Position numbers and translations under genes: made by a program. A DNA stretch of 36,053 bases from Planctomycetota bacterium (GTDB lineage Bacteria; Planctomycetota; UBA11346): NCBI GenBank assembly GCA_947470885.1, contig CANIXE010000002.1, positions 1 through 36,053 on the forward strand, in the 5' to 3' direction. Shown piece by piece: positions 1 through 7,607 of this stretch (its first letter is position 1; each line of letters begins with the position of its first letter). Below the pieces are notes generated by a model, which saw only the letters and a program-made list of their open reading frames with translations, was not told the origin of the DNA and did no database searches.

Positions 1-126
1 CAGGCCCGGCCGGAATGGCGCCTGATTCCCGAAGCGATCACCGCCGGGACCATGGTCCCTGGGGCCGCCAGTACCATCGCACCCCCGGCCCGGGGACTGG
101 GCAGCAGCAAACGGGTGGGCCAATGA
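1..126 (+). CDS. C-terminal fragment of an unidentified gene running off the left edge (partial)
   Basis: Frame 1 is open from base 1 to the TGA at 124-126, with strongly G/C-biased third positions. Its stop overlaps the next ATG (123) as ATGA, the coupling pattern seen repeatedly in this window. No recognisable domain in the 41 residues. Confidence 0.35.
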   Translation, partial: QARPEWRLIPEAITAGTMVPGAASTIAPPARGLGSSKRVGQ

Positions 127-428
127 CCACACAGCAGATCATTGCCAGCCTATTCGTTGTCACCGGGGTGGGGATCCTGGGGATGGTGCTTTGGGGTGGA
201 TCCGACCTATCGGGGGTGACCAAGGCATCTGGGGCCGGCGCCCTTGGCGCCACCCTGCCCGGGAACGTCGCCACAGATCCCCTGGTTCCGGCCCTAGCGG
301 CCCAAGTCCCCGGGGATCCCTTCGTCCAGCGGATGGTGGGGCAACGCCGGGGAACCTCGATCCCCTTGCCGCCGCCGCCCCCGGTCTTGACCCCGGAACC
401 ACCCCTTCTGCCGCTGATCGGTCATTGA
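123..428 (+). CDS. Small membrane-anchored proline-rich hypothetical protein
   Basis: Internal ATG of track ORF 15..428. It starts MTTQQIIASLFVVTGVGILGMVLWGG (one clear TM helix), followed by a Pro-rich tail. GC3 is high and the start overlaps the upstream stop as ATGA. No family recognised. Confidence 0.5.
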   Translation: MTTQQIIASLFVVTGVGILGMVLWGGSDLSGVTKASGAGALGATLPGNVATDPLVPALAAQVPGDPFVQRMVGQRRGTSIPLPPPPPVLTPEPPLLPLIGH

Positions 429-433
429 GCCAT

Positions 434-630
434 GATCCTGGAAAACGCAATTGGAGCGCACCTGCTGCGTTGCTTCAAACCTCGCATGGCGCTGCCATGC
501 AGCGGCTTGAAGCGCCTTGCATCGGCGCACCACTTGCGTTTCCAGACGCACGTTTTGGATAAAATTTTATCGAGACAAAAGACTGAAAAACCAGCGGGGA
601 TCCTGGATATGACCAGCTCAACTGCGTTAT
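434..630 (-). repeat. Composite intergenic element, copy 1 (full length; orientation defined as AATAACGCAGTTGAG end -> hairpin)
   Basis: The reverse complement aligns end to end with 3773..3971. I count 6 mismatches over the ~118-nt hairpin-containing part by manual alignment. The hairpin is about 438..545. It starts 5 nt after the stop at 426-428, and the conserved end overlaps the ATG at 609. Confidence 0.85.
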
Positions 631-2786
631 TTGGGATGATCCATCGCACCCTGCCGCTGTCGGCGTTGGTTTTAGTCGTTGTCGGATCTGTCGCCGTGAT
701 GGGAGCCGAAGAAACAGCGGAACGGGTACCCCTGACGGCCACCAATTACGATGTCTTGTACCTCACCTCCGGAGGAACGTTGGAGGGGGCGGTGGTGGAA
801 CGCCTGGCCAATGGCGCGGTGCGTTTCGCCCGGATTGGCCGCCCGTCCACGGTGGTGGACAAGGACCTCATCGTCCGCATCACGCTGCACCGATCCCTGG
901 CTGAATCGGTCCGGGAACGGGGGAACCAGGCCTTGACCTCCGGGGATTGGTTGGATTTCCAGCGGACCCTGCGCTTTGTCCAGGAACAGTCCGCCAAGCC
1001 CGCCGTCCCGCCCCCGGCACAAGGCGGTGAATACGCCCCCAGCACGCCCCAGGAGATCCAGGCGGTGGGTCTGGAACTGGGCACCCAAGCCTTGACCCGG
1101 AAAGCGCCTGTGGAGGTGATCGCTCAGATCGCCCAGATGGCAGAGACCGCCGGTGATCGATCCACCGCCATCGTCGCCGCCAAAGCCGGCTTGGCGATGG
1201 ATCCCAATTGGACCGGCGGCTACGAAATCCAGGCCCGCCAGTTCACCGCGGCCAAGGATACGGCGGGGATGAAGGCCCTGGTCGCGGAGTGGTTGGTCCG
1301 ACAGCCAAGCGCGTTCCAGGCCAACCGCTTCCAGGCGAATTTGGCGGAACGTGGGGGGGACCTGCGTACCGCCGCGGACTGCTACCGCAAAGGTTGGGAA
1401 CTGCACCGGGATGGTGAATCCGCGGCGGGACTGCTTCGCTGCAGCCTGGTTCGGGGTGAATTCGACGATGTCGCCCGGATCGCCAAGGCCGTTGTCGAAG
1501 ATGGCAAATCCTCTCCAGCGGTTCTGGCGGCGGCCCAGGCCAGTCTGGGGATCGCCCTTTTGGCGCGCACTGGGGGAGCCCCCCGGGAGGCCGTCGAGGC
1601 CCTGGAAAAATCCTTGGCCAGCGGCCTTTTGCTGCCGGAACTGGCAGATCAGGTCCAATACGACCTGGGTCTGGCCCGCTGGCGCCTGGGGGATTCCAAG
1701 TCAGCCAAGGGCCATTGGCAGAAGGTCAGATCGCCCCTTGCCGCCGCCGCCCTTGCCTGGGCCGATCGGCAACCGGTGGATCCTGCGGGTCTGCCCGGGG
1801 AACTCGGTCCCTGGATCACCGAACACAATGCCGCCATCGATCTGGAACGGCAGAAACCCATCACTCCGCCGGCCATTCCCGGCCGGGCCGCCCGACAGTT
1901 GGAACTGGCGACCTATGCCCAGGTGCTGCGGACCGGTGGCAGTGACGAGGTGATCCGTGCCCTTGCCGCCCAACCCGGGATCGAGGCGTTGCGTTGGCGG
2001 ATCTACGGACTTCTTCTGGCTGGCCGGATCGCCGATCTGGATCCCCTCCTGGACCAGTTGGGCCAGGCGGATGGTTGGGGCTTGGCGGTGCGCGTCCATC
2101 TGGCGGCCGAGCGCCGGGATCAGATCCAGGCCAAGAAATGGTGGGGCAAGCTCAAGGACGCCCCGGGGGCGCCCAAGGATTATGTCGCTCGCCTGGCCCG
2201 GGAATTCGCCGCCGAGAACAACGATGAAATCCTTGAAAGTTTCGATTGGCCCGACGCCGATGCGGTGGGTTTGGGGTATCGTGTCAGTGCTGCCGGCACC
2301 GGCATCGCCTTCCAGGCCAAGGCCGGGAAACTGACCATCAGGGGAACCCAGAGCGCCGACGCCGGGCAGTTGAGCGTGGTCTGGCGACCTATCCCCGGGG
2401 ACAGGCTGATTTTCGCCCAGGTGGTGGTGGAGCGTTCCCAGGGAGCGGTGACCGGACTTGAGCTGGCGGATCCAGAACACAAAAACGCCATTCAGGTCGG
2501 GGTTAAGCCGGATGGCAACATCGTCTGGCGGATGATGACCGATGGTGTCCTGGGCCAGTGGACGATCCTGGGCCCTGGGCGGATCCCAAAAATCGAGATG
2601 GAACGGGGTCGATACGTCGTTGCTTCTGCAGACACGGCCCTGCGTCAGAGCGTGGTTGCGACCTTCGGAAGGGGACCGACGCTCCACATCGGCGTCTTCA
2701 CCAGCGCAGAACCGAAATCGGTGGTAGCGGCGGTGGCGGACGATTTTGTCATCGACCTGACCCGGGCCGGCAAGGGAGGACCATGA
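609..2786 (+). CDS. Secreted TPR-like helical-repeat protein with C-terminal beta-sandwich (ConA/LamG-like) region
   Basis: Track ORF 432..2786, trimmed because residues 1-59 are a translation of the repeat element. ATG 609 (MTSSTALFGMIHRTLPLSALVLVVVGSVAVMG) or ATG 636 (MIHRTLPLSAL...) gives a signal peptide. The body is long and Ala/Leu-rich helical, and the C-terminus is beta-rich. The stop overlaps the next gene as ATGA. Confidence 0.8.
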   Translation: MTSSTALFGMIHRTLPLSALVLVVVGSVAVMGAEETAERVPLTATNYDVLYLTSGGTLEGAVVERLANGAVRFARIGRPSTVVDKDLIVRITLHRSLAESVRERGNQALTSGDWLDFQRTLRFVQEQSAKPAVPPPAQGGEYAPSTPQEIQAVGLELGTQALTRKAPVEVIAQIAQMAETAGDRSTAIVAAKAGLAMDPNWTGGYEIQARQFTAAKDTAGMKALVAEWLVRQPSAFQANRFQANLAERGGDLRTAADCYRKGWELHRDGESAAGLLRCSLVRGEFDDVARIAKAVVEDGKSSPAVLAAAQASLGIALLARTGGAPREAVEALEKSLASGLLLPELADQVQYDLGLARWRLGDSKSAKGHWQKVRSPLAAAALAWADRQPVDPAGLPGELGPWITEHNAAIDLERQKPITPPAIPGRAARQLELATYAQVLRTGGSDEVIRALAAQPGIEALRWRIYGLLLAGRIADLDPLLDQLGQADGWGLAVRVHLAAERRDQIQAKKWWGKLKDAPGAPKDYVARLAREFAAENNDEILESFDWPDADAVGLGYRVSAAGTGIAFQAKAGKLTIRGTQSADAGQLSVVWRPIPGDRLIFAQVVVERSQGAVTGLELADPEHKNAIQVGVKPDGNIVWRMMTDGVLGQWTILGPGRIPKIEMERGRYVVASADTALRQSVVATFGRGPTLHIGVFTSAEPKSVVAAVADDFVIDLTRAGKGGP

Positions 2787-3544
2787 TCGCCTTCATCTCT
2801 GACATCCATGGCAACCTGCCGGCCCTGGAGGCGGTCTTCACCGACATCGCCAGCCTGGGCAATGTGGACAAGGTGATCTGCCTCGGAGATGTGGTCGGTT
2901 ACGGTCCCAATCCTGTGGAATGCTTCGAGTTGGTGGCCGAGCGCTGTAAGCTCATCCTGATGGGCAATCACGAACATGCCGTGCTCCATGGCGCCCTGGG
3001 GTTCCATGTCCCCGCCCGCCAAGCCATCGACTGGACCCGGAGCACGTTCCAGGCCATCGAGCCCCCAGCCCGGCGGAAGGCCCTGTGGCGCCTGCTGGAG
3101 GATCTGCCCGTCCGCCATGAATTCGGCGATGTCCTCCTGGTCCATGGCAGCCCTCGGGACCCGGTGATGGAATACGTCCTGGAAAGCGACCTGTGGGACG
3201 GCAACGATCCTGACAAGATGGACCAGATTTTCGCAGGTTTTTCCAAGCTCTGCTTTGTCGGCCACACCCACCGCCCCGGGGTGTTCACCACCGATCGCTG
3301 TTTCCTGCCGGCCCAGGAATTGATGGATGGCTTTGCGGTGAACGACCACCACAAATACTTGATCAACATCGGTTCCGTGGGGCAGCCCCGGGACCGGGAT
3401 CCCCGGGCCTGCTATGCCGTGTTTAGCGGCGACGCGGTTTATTGGCGGCGAGTCATCTACGATATCAACCGGGTGGCCGACCAAGTGCAGACCATCCCGG
3501 AACTGGACAACCGTTTCGCCAGCCGCTTGTACATGGGCGTCTGA
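2783..3544 (+). CDS. Metallophosphoesterase (calcineurin-like, YfcE/MPP family)
   Basis: MIAFISDIHGN...ICLGDVVGYGP...GNHE...LVHGSP...GHTH motifs are the canonical MPP metal-binding signature. The internal ATG at 2783 overlaps the upstream stop (ATGA). Confidence 0.88.
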   Translation: MIAFISDIHGNLPALEAVFTDIASLGNVDKVICLGDVVGYGPNPVECFELVAERCKLILMGNHEHAVLHGALGFHVPARQAIDWTRSTFQAIEPPARRKALWRLLEDLPVRHEFGDVLLVHGSPRDPVMEYVLESDLWDGNDPDKMDQIFAGFSKLCFVGHTHRPGVFTTDRCFLPAQELMDGFAVNDHHKYLINIGSVGQPRDRDPRACYAVFSGDAVYWRRVIYDINRVADQVQTIPELDNRFASRLYMGV

Positions 3545-3772
3545 GGCCAGCGGGGCGTGCGCCCCAGTGCGATCCCGGCTACGCCGCAGAGTTGCGCTGG
3601 GCGCCATCAAGCCCCGTCTCCGCGCTCGCGTAGGCGCCCTCGGGGGATGGTTGTTCGCGGGGCGCTGTTCGGTTACTTCCTGCCAGGGCCTCGCCGGCCC
3701 TGGACCCGCACGGTCGGTGGTTGTTCTTTGCGAATGCTGGACTCGTGAAGCATGTCTTGAGCGATCTGCTTA

Positions 3773-3971
3773 ATAACGCAGTTGAGTTGGCCTTTTGCAG
3801 AATCCCGGCTGTATTTTTCAACTTTTTTACCTCGACAGTTGTTCACCCAAAAGGTGCGTCTGGAAACGCGAGTGGTGCGCAGATGCAAGGCGCTTCAAGC
3901 CGCGGCATGGCAGCGGCATGCGCGGTTTGAAGCAACGCAGCAGGTGCGCTCCACTTGCGTTTTCCAGGATC
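3773..3971 (+). repeat. Composite intergenic element, copy 2 (full length)
   Basis: AATAACGCAGTTGAGTTGG end, an A/T-rich spacer (3811-3850), then a ~108-nt imperfect hairpin at 3860..3967 (CTGGAAACGCGAGTGGTGCGC...GCGCTCCACTTGCGTTTTCCAG). It lies between convergent genes, with the hairpin 23 nt from the pckG stop. Confidence 0.85.
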
Positions 3972-3994
3972 CAAGGTTCCTGTTGTCGCGACGG

Positions 3995-5794
3995 TCAGCC
4001 CAGGCGGGCCTTCAGCAATTCCCGCTCATAGATCAGCGGCTTGGGCATCCGGTCCCCGAGGTGCTGGAACAGTTCGCTTTGCAGTTCCAGTTCCCGGTCC
4101 CACTCCGCCTTGTCGATGGCTTGGATCTTGGCCAGGTTGGCGATGTCCGCCGGGGCCAGACCGTCGGTGCGCAGGGCGCCTTCGGCGGGCATCCAGCCCA
4201 ACGGGGTTTCCTCCCCCAGGCCGTGGCCGTGGGTGCGGGCGCAGATCCATTCCAGGACCCGCATGTTGTCGCCGAAGCCGGGCCACAGGAATTTGCCGTC
4301 GGTGCCCTTGCGGAACCAGTTCACGTGGAAGATCCGGGGCGGGTGGCTGAGCTTGCGGCCGATGTGCAGCCAGTGGTTCAAGTAGTCCCCCATGTGGTAG
4401 CCGCAGAACGGCAGCATGGCCATCGGGTCCCGGCGCACCTGGCCCAGGGTACCGGCGGCGGCGGCGGTGGTTTCGCTGCCCAGGGTCGCCCCCAGGTAGA
4501 CGCCATGGGTCCAGTTGAAGGCCTGGATCACTAGGGGGTAGGTGGTGGCCCGTCGGCCACCGAAGATGATCGCGCTGATGGGGACGCCGTTGGGATCATT
4601 AACCTCCGCCGCCAGGGCCGGGTTGTTGATCATCGGCGAGGCGAAGCGGCTGTTGGGATGCGCGCATTTTTCCGGGGATCCCGGCTTCCAGGGATTGCCC
4701 TTCCAGTCTTTCAGGTTTTCCGGGATCGGCCCGTCCAGGCCCTCCCACCACACCGCGCCGTCGGCACTCAGGCCGACGTTGGTGAAGATGGTGTCCCGGG
4801 CCAGGGTGGCCATGGCGTTGGGGTTGCTGGCATGGCTGGTCCCGGGGGCGACGCCGAAATAACCGTTCTCTGGATTGATCGCGTACAACCGGCCGTCGGC
4901 GCCGATGCGCATCCAGGCGATGTCGTCGCCGATGGTGGTGACCTTCCAGCCCTGGTAGGCCTTGGGCGGGATCAGCATCGCGAAATTGGTTTTGCCGCAG
5001 GCGCTGGGGAAGGCGGCGGCGACGAAGTTCACCTCGCCGGTGGGGGATTCCACTTTCAGAATCAGCATGTGTTCGGCCAGCCAGCCCTGGCGGTGGCCCA
5101 GCCAGGAACCGATGCGCAGGGCCAGGCATTTCTTCCCCAGCAGGACGTTGCCGCCGTAGTTGGAGCCGGTGCTGAGGATCAGGTTTTCCTGGGGGAAATG
5201 GGCGATCCACCGCCGTTCCAGGTCGCAGCCCAGGGTGGCGTGCAGCCCGCGGTTGAATTCCAGGGAGCTGCCCAACTGGTCCAGGGCCACCCGGCCCATC
5301 CGGGTCATCACCCGCATGGAGATCGCCACGTAGATGGAGTCCGTCAGCTCAATTCCCACCTTGGCCAGGCGGGATCCCGGCGGGCCCATCAGGTAGGGCA
5401 CGACGTACATCGTTTTGCCGGCGAAGGCGCCGGCGATGTAGCCCATTAGTCGCGTTTTCATCTCGGCGGGATCCGCCCAGTGGTTGGTCGGCCCCGCCTC
5501 GTCGGCGGTGGGGGTGCAGATCACCGTCCGCTCCTCGATCCGGGCGACGTCCGAGGGATGGGACCGGCTGTAGTACGAGCCGGGCCAGCGGCTCTGATCC
5601 AGGGGCTGGATCACTCCCTGGGCCTGGGCGAGCTGGAGCAGGGTGGCGTATTCCAGGTACGAACCGTCCAGCCAGCGGACCTCCGCCGGCTGGGCCAGGG
5701 CGGCGATTTCCCGCACCCAATTCAGCACCGCGAGGGGGCAGGCGTAGCCTTGGGGGGGCGTCGGGACGGCGATTGTGGGTTGGGCGGCGCTCAT
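3995..5794 (-). CDS. pckG: Phosphoenolpyruvate carboxykinase (GTP)
   Basis: Full-length match in character to GTP-PEPCK, including the kinase-1a motif AAFPSACGKTNFAML and GDDIAWMR. Start moved to the ATG at 5794 (MSAAQPT...), giving 599 aa. Confidence 0.95.
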   Translation of the reverse strand: MSAAQPTIAVPTPPQGYACPLAVLNWVREIAALAQPAEVRWLDGSYLEYATLLQLAQAQGVIQPLDQSRWPGSYYSRSHPSDVARIEERTVICTPTADEAGPTNHWADPAEMKTRLMGYIAGAFAGKTMYVVPYLMGPPGSRLAKVGIELTDSIYVAISMRVMTRMGRVALDQLGSSLEFNRGLHATLGCDLERRWIAHFPQENLILSTGSNYGGNVLLGKKCLALRIGSWLGHRQGWLAEHMLILKVESPTGEVNFVAAAFPSACGKTNFAMLIPPKAYQGWKVTTIGDDIAWMRIGADGRLYAINPENGYFGVAPGTSHASNPNAMATLARDTIFTNVGLSADGAVWWEGLDGPIPENLKDWKGNPWKPGSPEKCAHPNSRFASPMINNPALAAEVNDPNGVPISAIIFGGRRATTYPLVIQAFNWTHGVYLGATLGSETTAAAAGTLGQVRRDPMAMLPFCGYHMGDYLNHWLHIGRKLSHPPRIFHVNWFRKGTDGKFLWPGFGDNMRVLEWICARTHGHGLGEETPLGWMPAEGALRTDGLAPADIANLAKIQAIDKAEWDRELELQSELFQHLGDRMPKPLIYERELLKARLG

Positions 5795-5823
5795 GGCATA
5801 CTCCGCCGCAGACCGTAACGCTG

Positions 5824-6336
5824 TCAGGACGGTGTCACAAGCGGATGATGGATCCGTTGCAATGCGTTCTGCAATGCCGCGCAATCATCGGGACGCAGGA
5901 ATTCCGCGACCACGGTCACTCCCAGGTGTTGCTGCCACTGGTCCATGTCATGGTGGCTGAAGCCTTTCCGGCTGAGGAGGGTGACCGCCGTGGGCGGGCA
6001 GACCAGGCCAGCGCCAACTAATACGCCAGTATCCACCGGGACGACCCGGACCACCTGGCGGGCGTCGATCACTGCGCAATCCGCGCCCCGCAGGGCATAG
6101 ATCAACGACCCTTCGGCGGTCAGGCGCAGGCTGCTGCCGGCAGCGACCCAGCCCACCACCGCCACCCCTAGGGCGCCGCCCCAGAATCCCGCCACCAGCC
6201 AATCCGGTTCGGTCATCAGGGCGTGGACCAGCAGGACGGAACCGGCTCCCAGCAGGACTCCCAGCAGGGTAGCGAAGGCGAGCATCTTCCCCGGGGGCCG
6301 GCAGCGTTTCTGCCAGAGGATGGGGACCCCACTCAT
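5824..6336 (-). CDS. Membrane protein, two TM helices plus a possible bacterial PH-like (YdbS/bPH_2-like) domain
   Basis: Internal ATG at 6336 (MSGVPILWQKR...) overlaps the upstream stop as ATGA. Two hydrophobic helices are followed by a ~90-aa soluble domain. The family assignment is tentative. Confidence 0.6.
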   Translation of the reverse strand: MSGVPILWQKRCRPPGKMLAFATLLGVLLGAGSVLLVHALMTEPDWLVAGFWGGALGVAVVGWVAAGSSLRLTAEGSLIYALRGADCAVIDARQVVRVVPVDTGVLVGAGLVCPPTAVTLLSRKGFSHHDMDQWQQHLGVTVVAEFLRPDDCAALQNALQRIHHPLVTPS

Positions 6337-7202
6337 GGCTGCCGTTGCAGGCGCCAGGTCAGTCGATGTTGTTGGTTCACCGGTTGGGTCATCGCGATCA
6401 GGGCCAGGGAGTAGCCCAGGGTGCCTTGGCCCTGGGCGGGTACACCATCCGCCAGGGTGAGGGAACCCTGGGCGGTGCAGTTTTCGATCTGGCCAGTTAC
6501 CGCCATGGGGGGCAGGTCCAAGGTGAGCTGCTGCTTGGCGGGATCCAACGCCCCGGTCCAGGTGGTGCCCTGCCACGAACGGACGAGAAATCCCGTCAAG
6601 GGTGCCCCTGCCGGCACGGCCTGCCGGTCCGGGCTGGGCAGCAGCAGGATCCCGGTCCACAGGCGGGCCAGCGCGTCGTCCTGGTAGACCGTCCGGGCGG
6701 CGCTGGCCAGGGGCGACGGAGCACCGGGATCCGCCGGATTGGGATGCAGCCTGGCGAAGGCGGCGGCGATCCGTTCCCCGCCGGTCACCCGGGGAATCCG
6801 GCCAGTGGTAGGGTCCAGGTACAAGGTGAGGGTCGCTCCCACCAGGGCCTGCAGGCCGCTGAGGAGGGGATCCGTACCCCGGGAATCAGTGTTGGTTGCG
6901 CTGTCGTAGAAGCGGGTCAATCCGGGGGCCTGGTGCTGGGCTGTCACCGCCTGGATGGCCAGGCGCACCGGCGTCAGGCCCCCAGCAGTGGCTTCCTGGG
7001 CCAGACCTTCCAACGACATGATCCAGCTGATCCGGGACGTGAATTGGAGGTGGTCCCCGGCGGTGGACATCGCCACCTCCTGATCCAGGTCGTAGCGGTA
7101 CAGGATGGGTTTCCCGGTGGGGAAACGGTAGCCTTCGGCGGCAGTCAGGCTGCTGACCGCCAAGCCCCCGAGGAACAGGAGCGGATGGATTCGAAGCATC
7201 AA
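6333..7202 (-). CDS. Secreted hypothetical protein
   Basis: MMLRIHPLLFLGGLAVSSLTAAEG is a signal peptide. GC3 is high, and both ends overlap neighbouring genes by 4 nt. No family recognised. Confidence 0.65.
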   Translation of the reverse strand: MMLRIHPLLFLGGLAVSSLTAAEGYRFPTGKPILYRYDLDQEVAMSTAGDHLQFTSRISWIMSLEGLAQEATAGGLTPVRLAIQAVTAQHQAPGLTRFYDSATNTDSRGTDPLLSGLQALVGATLTLYLDPTTGRIPRVTGGERIAAAFARLHPNPADPGAPSPLASAARTVYQDDALARLWTGILLLPSPDRQAVPAGAPLTGFLVRSWQGTTWTGALDPAKQQLTLDLPPMAVTGQIENCTAQGSLTLADGVPAQGQGTLGYSLALIAMTQPVNQQHRLTWRLQRQP

Positions 7203-7606
7203 CCCGCCGCTTCCTCAAGAACGTGTTCGGCAACCAGCAGGGGCGTGCCTGGACGGCGGACCATCACCGCCAGGGCGTCGGAGGGTCGGCAATCCACGGT
7301 GCAGGCTCCACCATCAGCCCTGGCGAGGACCAGTTCGGCGAAGAAGGTGCCATCCCGGACGTCGGTGATCCGCACCTCTGCCAGGTGACCCTGTTGGGCT
7401 TCAATGATCCCCACCAGCAGGTCGTGGGTCAGGGGACGGGGAAATTCCTGGCCTTTCACCGCCCGATCGATGGCCAGGGCCTCCATCTGGCCGATGGCGA
7501 TGGGGAAGCGCCGGCGCCCGCTGCGTTCGCTGACGTAGATCGTCTGCTGATCCGCATCCTCGTCGATGACGACATGGCTGAGGTGGCAGGGAACCAGGGT
7601 TGCCAT
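7199..7606 (-). CDS. Bifunctional nuclease family protein (BFN / DUF151)
   Basis: FPIAIGQMEALAIDRAV...RPLTHDLL...VRITDVRDGTFFAELVL...DCRPSDALAVMVR matches the DUF151 bifunctional nuclease pattern. Start set at ATG 7606 (MATLVPCHL). Confidence 0.85.
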   Translation of the reverse strand: MATLVPCHLSHVVIDEDADQQTIYVSERSGRRRFPIAIGQMEALAIDRAVKGQEFPRPLTHDLLVGIIEAQQGHLAEVRITDVRDGTFFAELVLARADGGACTVDCRPSDALAVMVRRPGTPLLVAEHVLEEAAG

Positions 7607-7607
7607 T

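Noticed and set aside
432-608. N-terminal 59 residues of track ORF 432..2786, plus peptides translated through the other element copies (for example RLETRVVRRCKALQAAAWQRHARFEATQQVRS).
   Set aside because: These are read-throughs of the repeated hairpin element. The same DNA is open in several frames and on both strands, and copies 3 and 4 (internal deletion, replaced centre) do not preserve any one peptide. A proper signal peptide starts only at 609/636.
3552-3565. Small GGGGC-GTGC-GCCCC hairpin just after the phosphoesterase stop as an intrinsic terminator.
   Set aside because: It has only a 5-bp stem and no U-tract. Such GC hairpins are expected by chance at this base composition.
3673-3753. 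26-codon basic ORF (MLHESSIRKEQPPTVRVQGRRGPGRK) downstream of the copy-2 outward end.
   Set aside because: Third-position GC is much weaker than in real genes here, there is no SD, and it is very short. It is kept only as a note under the orphan-promoter hypothesis.
3860-3967. The long hairpin as a housekeeping RNA (SRP/4.5S RNA or 6S RNA) or as integron attC sites.
   Set aside because: Four copies in 36 kb argues against a single-copy housekeeping RNA. I could not find the SRP domain IV motifs. There is no integrase, the neighbouring genes are core metabolism or flagellar genes rather than cassettes, and no GTTRRRY/RYYYAAC core pair is evident.
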